Assembly (NCBI GenBank): GCA_907165135.1
Contig: OU015567.1
Span: forward strand, 15,500,001 to 15,564,000
DNA: 64,000 nucleotides
Direction: 5' to 3'
Source of the DNA: Oikopleura dioica
Taxonomy: Eukaryota; Animalia; Chordata
The notes under the pieces are model-generated. The model did no database searches, had not been told where the DNA came from, and worked only from the letters and a program-made list of their open reading frames with translations. A program made the translations under genes and the position numbers. Positions 1 through 12,870 of this stretch are shown piece after piece; the first letter of the stretch is position 1; each line of letters starts with the position of its first letter.

Positions 1-1050
1 CTTCAGAAACGGGAATAACTGGAATGGGCGTAACGCTGTGTTCTGTTGTATTTTCTTGTTGATTTTGATCGCTTTTCTCTGTCGGGATTTGATTCTGATG
101 AGACGGCTCTTTGTGAAAACTATCGATTGTAGGAGCAATATGGGAAGGAGTAATTGCTGGCGCCGCTGGCTGGGACTGTAATTCCCCAGTGGCTTCAGTG
201 AAATCACCGAATTCATCATCATCATCGTCATCTTCGAAGTTTGCTTGGATTTGTTCTTGGGGCTGCTGCTGGGGCTGGGGTTGTTGAACTTGCGGCTCTG
301 GTCGTTGAGAAAGATCTTTTTAGGCTCAAAATTTAACTGGAAGGAATGAAATATTTAAATTTTCAGAGTCATATTCGAGCCCTTCACGAAATCAAAAAAG
401 TTAGGCACACAGGGGAAGTCCGAAATCGTCTGCAAACTGATTTGTGCTGAGTTGTTCTGCTGCCTTATCGCCACCAGGGCCATCGCGGCGAAAAATTCTA
501 AAGCAGCTTTAGAAAAAGAATGAAGAGTTTACTGTTCACACTGACCTTGAAAGGTAAGCTGGCCGGGAAAGGTTTGGTTGCAGACGGACCAGATCTGACC
601 AAGGACCTCTTGAGGAAGTCGTGAATGCACCAGAAGGGGAAATAACAGATTTGTATCGATACCTTGGCCGGAAAGAGTGCAGCTTACGTACTGCAGCACT
701 AGAATTAACAGTTTTAGGCTATTTCATCTAAAAATAAGAGGATTAAGAATGAGGGGCCTGCCATTTTTAACCTATTTGCGTTGAAAACGAAAAAAAATAA
801 ATAAAAAAAATTGGGTTTTTAGGTTAAAAAAGTTTGATTCTCGACCACCGACTCTTTGAAAGAGAAATTACCTTCGACATAAAAAGGTGGAATCTGATTA
901 TTCTGAATCCACAAGATCTGCTGAACATTTTCTATCTTCCTAAATCTGGCTGCTCCAGCATTTCTCTTCAAGTCCAGGCTTTCTTGAAACTTCTTGTTGA
1001 GCTCCATCTCCTCCTTCTTCTTATTGGCTCATTTTCTCTAGAATGCAGAT
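1..1050 (-). CDS. SYNRG: Synergin gamma-like EH-domain protein (partial, runs off window start; 5' end uncertain)
   Basis: Minus-strand exons at ~545-690 and ~420-500 translate to GIDTNLLFPLLVHSRLPQEVLGQIWSVCNQTFPGQLT...FFAAMALVAIRQ, matching the EH domain of synergin gamma as recalled (GIDTAKLYPILMSSGLPRETLGQIWALANRTTPGKLT). Confidence 0.75.
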
Positions 1051-1503
1051 GACCTTCCGGAAGGTCAGCCCTTGACCCCGGGTGAACTCTAGAACGGAGG
1101 AATATGAAAAGGGCAGAAAGGGAACTCTTGAACTGGGAAATGGACTTCAACGAGGCGGAAAAAGCGCCCCTCAGCGAGTTGAGTTGCCTACGCGAAAAAA
1201 GGCCAGAAATCGAAATCCAAAAGACCCAAAAGAGGGAAAAATACGAAAATCGACCCGTTGGAAGACCGGGAATTCGCAATTTGGAAGAAAAAGAGAAGAA
1301 TTATTTGAAGAAGAAAGAAATAATTCGAAATACATTCAATTTTGGTGAGATTTTTTGAGCTAATTCTGTAGTTACTCATCGATTAGCTGTTACTGACTTT
1401 CACAGTGAAAAGTTTTCGATTACCCAACTATCGATTCTTCTTTGGAATCGAATTTTTCTATTGAAAGTTTTTCACTAGAGATATCCCGTCTTCTTACTTT
1501 ACG

Positions 1504-1625
1504 CTGGGATCGGCAACCTGTGTAGAAAACCTGAGTCAGGATTTGCGGCTTCGTTTCTACCTGGCTTTTGTTTGAAGATCTTTCAGACCCTGACTAAGGT
1601 TTTCTGCACAGGTTGCTGAACCCAG
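1504..1625. mobile_element. MITE, CTGGG-terminus family (copy 1)
   Basis: TIR ctgggatcggcaacctgtgtagaaaacctgagtcagg / cctgactaaggttttctgcacaggttgctgaacccag; flanks ACTTTACG and ACTGTAGG match 6/8 (decayed 8-bp TSD). Confidence 0.75.
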
Positions 1626-1863
1626 ACTGTAGGTTTATGCATAGAGACCGATTTAGCGGGATAGGCTATCCCGGATAGCCATATTTTATATGAAACGTCT
1701 GCTGTAAGTCTTCTTTCAGAAGATTGGCATTTAGCCAGGAGAGAGGGTTTTTTAAGTCTCCAAATAAAGAGCTCATTAATTTTTTCAAGCACTTTTCAAT
1801 TTGAATCTGAATCAGCTGAGCAAAAAACTAACAGACATTTTTAGAGAAGGAGAATTCGAGAAA

Positions 1864-3730
1864 ATGGGATATGATTTGTGCCTGTTTGAGGATGAAGATG
1901 TCGACGAAGAACTGATCTGTCCTATTTGCAGAGGAGTTTTAGGTAAACTTATCACCGTTTTTTTTCTTGGTTTTATTCTGTTTCAGAGGAGGCGACTTAT
2001 GCTCCAAACTGCGAACATGCCTTCTGCAGCGACTGTATCCACGAATGGCTGGCCAACCAGCGAACCTGTCCTCTCGATCGGACGTCGCTCAAGAAAGAAG
2101 AACTCAACAGCGTGCCGAGAATCATGAAAAACATGCTTGGCAAGCTAAGGTAAGCCTTTCCTTTCCCATTTCGGAAAGCGACAGATGGGATCATTGTCCG
2201 AAACTGGCACCATGACTTCTGTCCAGCGGGGAGGCTGCATGATCATTCAGCTGTAAAATTAGTAGTCAAGCCTTTCTGCGGTCAAATTTTTGAACTTTCA
2301 ATGTTTACGATGGCTTTTTGAAAGTTTTCAGAGATTATGTTTTCACTACATCTTTACTTTTTCAGTCTGAGAATAATTCTTAAATACAACGGAGTTTCCT
2401 ACTATTACTTTTTCGCCAGGAGGTAATCTTTCAACGATGTATGCTTTATCGTCATAAATTATCACTACTTCCTCGTGAGAGTATTTACCTCCAAGACAAA
2501 CTGATGTCTGTCTGCTCAATAGAGATTTGTTTGAGCCACCCTAAGGTAGGTTAGGGCTTCATTTTCGAGATAGAGCTTGATGGACAAGGCCGGTTATAAA
2601 AAGAAAACTGACAGAAAATCGCCCATTTTTTCTTTTATCCAGGCGAGATTCAGTTGATTTAGAGAAGAGTAACAGTAGATACAGTACACTTAATAACAAT
2701 GGCTATTATGAATTTGCGGAAAAGGTTGAGGGATGGTAAACTCGTAATAATGAATCTTAGGGTCAAGTGCGAAAACAAGGAGCATGGCTGCCAAGAGATC
2801 ATCCGCCTCGACGCCAGAGCAGATCATTCAGTTAACTGCGAGTTTAATCCTAAACGGCCAATTCGATGCGAACAGTGTTGTCTCACGATACCCAAGAATG
2901 AGCTCGACAATCACAACTGTATCCGCGATTTGCGCAAGCAAAGTAAGTAGACTTCTTCATATATCGTTTCTTACAATATCGTTTCTAGTGGCGGTCATAA
3001 ACGATCAAGTAACAGAGCTGAAAAAGTACCAGACAGAACAAAAAGAACGCGACCGCGACCTGATGCTTCAAATCAACCATCTCCGCGAGCTGGTGCGACT
3101 CAACCACGCTGCCTCGCCGAGAACACCGATGCAGCCCAGAATCACCGAAATTCTCAACTGGACGGAGAGTCTTCACAGCGCCAGAGTGACCAGATGGGGT
3201 GGCGTCATTTCTACACCAGGTACGCGCTTACAGTTCGATTACGTAATAGTTACACTTTTTTTATCTTTTTAGATTCTGTGCTCCAGCGGGTCATTCGAAG
3301 AAGCCTGCTTGAGTCTGGCTGCCCAAATCATATCGTTCAAGATTTGATCGAAAACGCTCACGAGAGAAGGTGGCCCAGAGGATTGTCGACGTTAGAAACG
3401 AGGCAATTGAACAGAAGATATTACGACGATTACGTTACCAAACGAATTCCTGGAAAACAAGCAGTGGTGGTGCTGCACTGCGAGAATACACACATGCCCA
3501 TTGACATGATTTCTGGTAAGAAGCGTTTTTTATTTGACTCAAAACCTGCGTAGAAACCTGAGTCAGGCCCTGACTGTGTTTTTACCCCTAACAATCTTGG
3601 CCTGACTCAGGTTTTTACACCGGTTTTCGTCCAGTTAGACACTTATCCCAAAGACTTTCTGAAGCCTAAAAATTTCTATTTAGATCCAGGAATTGTGATG
3701 ATCTTCGCGCATGGTGTTGAAGATGTTTAA
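1864..3730 (+). CDS. RNF41: E3 ubiquitin ligase NRDP1/RNF41 (RING + TRAF-type Zn finger + USP8-binding C-terminus), multi-exon
   Basis: [41 protein letters not shown]; [18 protein letters not shown]; [25 protein letters not shown]; [17 protein letters not shown]; ends [14 protein letters not shown]. Confidence 0.93.
3535..3634. mobile_element. MITE, CTGGG family (degenerate copy 2, in last RNF41 intron)
   Basis: aacctgcgtagaaacctgagtcagg ... cctgactcaggtttttacaccggttttcgtccag inverted pair. Confidence 0.6.
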
Positions 3731-3914
3731 CCTTTCTCCCTGCGATGTCCAAAAAGAGCCTGCTTTTAACTTTAAAAAAGAAATTTACTTTAAAAATGCA
3801 ACTGGTGTTCTTCATTTCTACTGTATAAATTGTTCTTACTTTCTTCTTCTAAATATACCATTTCATCTTTTCCCGTTCAAAGCTTTTTTCTTTTATTTGA
3901 ATCATTCAGAAGAA

Positions 3915-5261
<1,347 letters not shown>

Positions 5262-5628
5262 GTTCTGACACCTTGAAAGTTCAATTATTGAAACGTTGAA
5301 AGATTACCTGGCTGAAAATGATAAATAAACACGGTGAAATCTGAATTGGAGCAATTCAATGTCAACACAGAGTCTTTGACATTGAAATTTTAATTTTATT
5401 ATTGTTCTTTTGGCAAAATAAAGCGGATCGTTCACTTTTCACTCTATTGTTCTTTTCAATTTTATCGTCTTTCCAATAAGAGGGTAAATTGTACATTTGC
5501 GTATTGACACAATGAATACGAATCAGCGCGCCGTTGACATTGCCAAGCCAAACAATGCATGGAAATGTTTATAGCTTCGAAAAACTCCTACAAACCGGCA
5601 AAAGTTGAAATTTTGAAAAAAACGAGAA

Positions 5629-7736
5629 ATGAAAGTGAGCAAACCTGACATTTTATCCGAGCAAAAAATACGAAAATGGCTGAAAACAATAAAACTCAAG
5701 AGGGAATCAACAAGGACATTAAAATGTCGCATAATTGAGTCTATTGAGAGAATGAATATGAAAAAGGACAAATTTGCACAAGAGTGGACGAGGGTCAAAC
5801 TGGTGAAAGGTATTGGACATTTATACGACAAAGATGGCACTAAACTGCAGGAGTTCACTTTCTCCCCGTATCAGAAAGAACTTTTTAACCAAGCCGCGCA
5901 GACAGATGAAATTCTCGATATTGAAAGATCCGATTTGATGCCAGAGAAGGGTTTTTGGATCAAAAAAGTACTCAAGAAGCAAATTATATCCGAAGGTGGA
6001 GAAGCTATCGTCTTTCTTGAGACTTTCAACGAGCTTGAAGTTGCCGTCCGAGTTCAAGCATTTGATCCAGCACTATTTACGTCGAATTACAAAGAGGAGT
6101 ATTATCAGTACAAGGTCAATTTGTGTTCGGATTTCTCTGCCGCTGTCGATAAAAAGACCGACGAAGAAAATGTTATTCCGTATCACGAAAATATTGTTAT
6201 GCATTATACGAATATTGAAATATTCGACAGTTTTGACATTGAGCAGAAAGACTGTTTGGGATGGATAACAATAATGGAAAAATGTGGGGCAAACTTGAGA
6301 ACAAAGCTGAAGTCTGAGAATTTAAAAATTGACAAAAGAAGGCGGATTGCATTACAAATCAAAAATGGATTTCAGTATCTGTATAATCTTGGAATCGAAC
6401 ATTGTGACTTGAAGTTGGAGAATGTTTTGGTCCAGAAGACAAAGGTTAAACTTATTGACTTTGGACTTGTGAGAGCTGTAACTGGAAAGCAAAGTTTTCG
6501 ACAGATGGGCTATGCAAGATATGGATCGAAGTTTAAAAGGATAAACAGTTTATGTACTATCAAGTTGTATTATTACTTCATAAATCTATTTTCAGATGCC
6601 GGCTCTGCGGCATTTTCAAAATCGAGTCAGCTTGTTGGGCAATCTGGCTACCTTCGAAAGAATATTTATGTATTTTTATTCTCCGATTGGATATCTGCAT
6701 GGGCCCTCTTATTTCAACCTGTTGATTGTTTGGACAAGAAACAAGTCAATCAAGCTATCAAAGTAAACTCATTTCAATGTTCATTATTCAAAAATTATTA
6801 GAAGTCCAAAGCAGAATGGATGCGCGGCTCCCGGGAACCGACAGTTGAAGAAATTAATCATACGGAAATCGTCTCGGTCAAAACTCAATGTCAGCATGCT
6901 CTCGCCGACGACAATCTACAGCGGACCATTGGCCTTTGCAATTTGAAGCATGCATTTACGAAGATCATGAATATGGATATGAAAAATTTATCGAAGAATG
7001 TTCTCGATCAAAAAGATTCAAAGCTTTGCGTTGTCGTTGCTGTGACAACTTTAGTGAAATATGCATTGGTTCATGATTTAAATTTTGAGGATAAGCGTGA
7101 CGATTTTACGACTGAAAAGATCTTTATTTTATTGACGATGACAGTCTACCCAAGAAGTCTAGCAGGATTAAATTTGAATCCAAAGAAAGAGGAGCTGCGT
7201 TATCAGTCATCTAACATTCTAAGTCTTTTAAATAGAATGAAGAACAAAACATTCTTGAACGAAAGTGGCTGGGAAATGATTCGCACAAATGCCCCTTTTA
7301 AACCTCAAAAGTCGATTTGTGATTTCGAAGAAGGTAAAGTCTTCATTAAAACTCTTTGCGTATGATGTTATTTTTAGTAATTCTCAACGAAAATTTCAAA
7401 TTTGATAGACCACTTGCAGTTCTTGGGGCGTACTTGCACAAAGACAAACCAGAAGCTGAGTTTCATCAAATGGTTCTTGACCGGGTTGAATCAAAATGTT
7501 ACGTTATTAAAAACTCTCAAATCGACATTGGAGGTGCGACTCTGAGAATTCCTATCAAAAGAGAATACTACGCACCAGAAGAATGCATGAAAAGAGCCGC
7601 ACGTCAGTGGAACAAGTATCTATGGGATTCAGATGGAAGACGAATGTATCTTGTCAATGAAAATTGCAACAATATGGGGAGGAACAAATGGTATCTTCTT
7701 CCACAAGCGTATTCTTTCAAGCTCATTCCAAGGTGA
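5629..7736 (+). CDS. Atypical protein kinase-like domain fused to C-terminal papain-like (Cys-His-Asn) peptidase domain, copy A
   Basis: Kinase motifs ISEGGEAIVF, VAVRVQ, HCDLKLEN, IDFG; then VLDQKDSKLC (Q-x5-C) and FHQMVLDRVESKCYVIKNS (H-x15-N). Exons 5629-~6550, ~6596-6760, ~6803-7333, ~7378-7736. Confidence 0.8.
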
Positions 7737-7998
7737 TTCTGGTCAACCCACTTATTGTTGAGTACGTTTCGAAAAGAAGGATTGTATTTTGCCTTTTTGT
7801 ATCTTATATATGTCTCCTCAAGGTGCGTTTCTTACTCGAGAAAATACTTCCTTCCGATAAGAAAACTGTATGAATGACTTTCAATATCAATAAACAAACT
7901 TTTAAATTGAGTCATGTGTTTGATATTAAACAAAATCACTAGCAGGCGTGGCTTTTAAAACTCAGCAATCGAACAAAGCATACAGTAGTGATACAGAG

Positions 7999-10125
7999 AT
8001 GTTCATTGAAATATGCGGTACAAAGATTTCAACATTCATTTGAAAAAAGTTAAGGTTTACTCGTTGCACTGTTGGTAGCGCGGCTCGTTCAAGTTTATGT
8101 AAAATATGAAATTTTCCATCCAGTTCCTTCGCATTCTTACCCAACAAGAAAAGACTTATACTTCCCTCTTATCAAAAAAGCAGTTGGAAAAGGGACTCTT
8201 CCGAAAATCTTTAGGCCTGAAGAATTTCCGTTTTTGCAATATAGGAATAAGGTCGTAATAAAAAATGTGCTATCTTACGCCACCTGTCGACCCATTGAAG
8301 TGGTGGAATGATTTTCGCGGACTATGATATCATAAAAGAAGCATTTGGCAAAAAAGAGTTGTCCAATCGTCTGTACTCTGAGAAGATTCAAGTGGACAAT
8401 GATCGCTTTTTGAAAGATTGGGGAATTATTGATACAGCCGAGTCAATTCTTGGAAAAGATGACAGACTAGTCAAAAACGGGGTTGGTATTTCCGAAGGCA
8501 TCGGGGACGGATACTACGACGCAACTCATCGAAGATTGCGTGTCCATTGGCATGACACAATCAAACGCCTCGTCGGGAGAAACAAGATCTCGGAAATTAT
8601 CCAGCATAGCTCAGCACAAGTCAATGCTATTCTCAAGGCAGAAGGCTCTGTTCCACAAGGAATTGACCCAAGAGAAGTCTTTGTCAATGGGTGAGGTTTA
8701 TAAAGAACTTGATTGTAATTTATCCGATAATTCTTAAACCTTAAACAAGAACGATGAATGTAGTCACAGGGTTCTCCTTAGGAATCCTCTATGATTTCGA
8801 CGATCCAGATTTCCAAGATCTTTCCCGCTACGTTTCTGTCTTCTTCGAAAACATGCGTGAGATGTACGTCTGGAAACTGCTTGTCGATAATCTTCCTGTA
8901 TGGATGACACAGAGCAAGCTCCTCACTCCATTACACAATCTGAATCCGATGAAGAAATTTGTGCCTGACTGGTGTCAATATATCTTCCGACAAATTAAAA
9001 TCCACAGGCAAAAACTTGACCCTGCCAATCCGAATGATTTTCTCGGTAATTCAACGAATTCTTCCATTTTGCTAAGCTTCAGATATACTTCTCATCGCTG
9101 CTGAAGGAGACAGCGAACTTGGATACTTTACTATTGCTTCGACAATCATTGCACTTTATCTTGGAGCGAGTGATACCCTTACGTTGGGTGTAGGGCGGCT
9201 ACGTTCGAAATTTCGAACGCCGTTCGAAAAATTTTTGAAATTGCTTATAAAAATGAGCCTATATGCGCTCCGCGCCTGATTTGTAAGAAAACTCCCTCAT
9301 AATGATGCCAACTTCCTTAACTTACACGATTACCATGATTTCAGCTCATATTTTGGTAAAGATTTTTGGGAAATTTCGAACGCCGTTCGAAAAATGGGCC
9401 CAAAACCGATTTCGAACGTAGCCGCCCGCCACCCCTTACGTTAGTGCCTAAATTCTTTTTTATAACTGGAGGTCCTTAGAAATACAATGCGCTGGATGAG
9501 CTTGACGCTTGCGGACCATCCTGAAGTGCAAGAAAAAATCTTTGAAGAAATTAACAGATCAATCGAAAAGGATGGCGAGATTATCCGAGAAAAGTGTCCC
9601 TACACACGATCCGTTTGCCTCGAAAATATGAGGTGGCATCCTGTGGTCGACACTTTGCCCCACAGAGCGACAGCCGACGTCACTGTCGCTGGAGTCAATA
9701 TTCCCAACGGAACCATTATGCAAGGTATCATTGCATATTTAATGATTCTCTTGCATTTCCTTAGCCGCACTTACTGCTGTTATGTATGACCCGAAAAACT
9801 TCCCGAATCCTGAGAAATTTATTGCGGATCGCTTTGTCGTTGATGGCGAGTTTGTCAATGATGTCAAGGTCTGTGGATTCTCTCTTGGCCTAAGAAACTG
9901 TATTGGGAAACAGCTTGCGATCGAACAATACTTCACTTACACTGCTAATATCGTTCGCGACTTCAAAATAATCAGGAACTGGTTTCTTTCAATTTGTTGA
10001 ATTCGACATTGCCTAAAAAATCGCACTAAAGAACAAGTGGAAATATGGAAATTGCGAATCACACCGCAATTCTGATGCCCGCCGAAATTAACAGAGTACG
10101 ATTTGAAAAACGACGCCCTAATTGA
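7999..10125 (+). CDS. Cytochrome P450 (clan 2-like), multi-exon
   Basis: N-terminal TM MFIEICGLLVALLVARLV; I-helix GASDTLTNTMRW; K-helix ENMR; PEKF; heme motif FSLGLRNCIG. Confidence 0.92.
9186..9434. mobile_element. MITE (249 bp) with ~26-bp TIR and 8-bp TSD at a P450 splice donor
   Basis: TIR gggtgtagggcggctacgttcgaaat / atttcgaacgtagccgcccgccaccc; perfect TSD CTTACGTT at 9178-9185 and 9435-9442; internal repeat aaatttcgaacgccgttcgaaaa twice. Confidence 0.85.
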
Positions 10126-10343
10126 AACACTCGTCCTGGAATAAATTATCTATTCATATTTTTCCTGCAAATGTAGAATGCTTCGATATGTATATCTTAG
10201 ACTACAGAAAAAGCCACGAGATAGAAGTTCAGTAAAATGAACTGAAATCTATTGTCTAAAGATCACGATGACTTTTATTTTTCTGTGATTGAAGTGTGCT
10301 GGCAAGTGAACGGATTTAAAAAGGCAGTGGTGAAAAGTGAGTG

Positions 10344-12757
10344 CTAGTTTTTCTCGTGGCCGACCATGAAGTAGTCTAGCTTCTTCATGTAATCGTCTTC
10401 TTCGCTGCCTTGGAGCTGAACCTGCGTTTATTAATAAAAAATGTGGCCAAGCTCTAATCACCTTTACAAACCACGCATTCTCGTTTCTCGGGTAAATTTG
10501 CTTCACAAACTGGATGTCGAAATTCTTTATTCGCTCCATCCAGTTGCGCATTAATAGTCGGATGTCGCTGTCTCGCACTCTTTCCGACAAGAGGCGGCAG
10601 GAGAGCCTCTCTTTCGTCGTGCGAAGCTGGCGTAGATCTATCCAGCCTTCAAGGACAAGCGGGCAAACCTTGATCTCCTTGAGCAAGCCATCGAAATAAA
10701 AGAAGCGACCACCGATGGCAGCGAAAGGGTCTCTTGCGTCCATCTGGATCTCGATTGGAGCCATTTCGAAGTAGTCGACGTAATACATCACCATCGAAGT
10801 CGGAGTCTTCCACACCCAGCCTGCGCATGGCCCTTCTGTGACTAGAGTTTCTCCGTCTTTTTCGAACTAGAAAAGCTCTCAAAATCATCCAATAACCAGG
10901 AACTCACCTCGACTCTGTCCTGTCCCTTCTTCAACAGCGCCAGCATGAGCGCATAGCACTGTCTGTTCCTCATTCTGACGATAAAATTCGGCATTTCTGT
11001 GCCATTCTCAACAATTTCGAATCCTCGTTTCTTCCGTTTTTCTTTCTCGAGTTCTTTTTCCGACTTAACGCGCGTAGGATCTTCTTTCAAAATGTTCTGA
11101 TTGAACGGGTCGACCAACTTCTTTTTCTCTCTTGCGTTGTCGAATATTTCTTCTTTGAGGCATTCTATTTGCATCTTGAAACGCTCCAGTCGCTCTTTGA
11201 AGTCTTCCTCCGTGTGAAGTCCCCTAATTTTATTTTAATTCTTGCGCTGGGACGATGTAAACTTACCATCCTCGAATGTCGATTCTGTACCAATCTTCAG
11301 AATTCAGCGCCGGGTAAATTTGATCATGCACTCTACGGATGATGAAACGGCGGCCGATTCCGTTCTTGTAATGTACTCCAATTTGATGGACCAAACTGTC
11401 TGGGTCGTAAAGCTTCCGTAGTTTGCCTGTCTTGCAAGCAGTGGTGATGACTATCTCCAGCTGGCGCTTGATCTTGGCTCCCATGTCAAAGTAGCCTGGT
11501 CGAGGAAAGAGCAGCATCGGAAAACAGAAGAGCTTGATGTGCTGATGATCTCCGAGAACCTCCTCCATGTCGTAAACCTAATAAGGGATGAACATCAACG
11601 ACTTAGGAACAAGCAAGTATTAACCTTTGTCTGACCAGGCTCGATCTGCTCCATCTTAATCTCATCTGCGTAATTCTTGTCTTCGCGTTTGATTCCCTTG
11701 TTAATAATTTGAAAGATGTCAATTGTATCGTAGACAATTTCTGTGTTCATGCTTTGTCTTGCTAGAATTTTCAAGCGCTCTCCAAATCCCTCCCATCTGA
11801 ACAACGGTCCGACGGTGGGAGTGTAGTGGTTGATCTCAGTAGCGTGGCTGAGAACTTTCGCTTCGAGGTATCTTTCGTACGCTTTTTCGTCCTTCTTTAA
11901 ATCTTCATCTTCGCTACTGTCTCCGTATCCTGATTGAAAGCGTCTATTGCAAGAGTTAGTAAAGGAAAAATGAAGTTGCCAACCTTAATTTTCCAAGATA
12001 AATGTCAGCAGAAGCGGCGTGCTCATTCAGAGTCTTGAATTCTTCGTATTTTTGGTCGCAGGCTCTCTCGATGTCTAAAAGCAAATTTGAAAACGAGTTC
12101 TATGACGCCATTACATGAGAATTGAAATTGCTTTCAAAAAAGTTTTCACCTGAAATTGATTGCTTCACCCAGGCGTCAAGACTCTTATCAAAGGCATTCA
12201 TCACTTCCTCTCTATTTCTGTAGACGACTTGCATAGTTTCCTTCGTCCATCGAGGCTCGAATTCAAGAATCGTTTCGAGATACTTTGAGTGGATGTCGAC
12301 AGCTGGATAGAGATACTTGGCAGCTTCGTCTCTCAAGTTTTCTCCAGTCAATTTGATTGTAGACTCGATATTGTGCTGCTCGTTCTGAAAAAAAAGAAAT
12401 TGAAAATTTTCCCTCTTTTTTTTTGGTTTCAATTCCGACCTCCTTCAGGGCCTTATGAATTTCCTCTGAGCAATCTTCGCACAAATTCAGCGGCAGCGCC
12501 TCCTCGCACACTTCTTTTACTTCAAATGCTTCCTCAGAATCGCTTCCAGATTTCCTCCTGACTTTTCGTTTGATTTTTGCGGCCGAAATCCCGCATTCCT
12601 TACATTTGAAGAGCGCCACGAAATCGCCGCACCTGTCGCAGTCGACTTTTTCGAAGTGCTCTGATAGTTCACAGCTTCCGATAACTGGCTCGAATCGGAG
12701 GTTGTCTGGAATTTCTTCTTCAACTTCTAGCGGATCATACGCGCTTGGTTTTAACAT
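10344..12757 (-). CDS. Uncharacterised protein with N-terminal B-box-like zinc finger, multi-exon
   Basis: CDRCGDFVALFKCKECG...LNLCEDCSEEIH; several open exons down to VQLQGSEEDDYMKKLDYFMVGHEKN*. The remainder was not recognised. Confidence 0.6.
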
Positions 12758-12870
12758 TCTAATAAAGATATTCGTGAAAAACGCGATTTTCACCTTTTTG
12801 GAAAAGTTTTATTTGAAGTAACAAATTAAAAGTTAGGCAGTGAACTTGAGTTCTTTTTAGTTAGCGATTT

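Noticed and set aside
1082-1358. Plus-strand Lys/Glu-rich ORFs
   Set aside because: No recognisable domain or clear splice partners; could not be separated from the synergin 5' region or chance.
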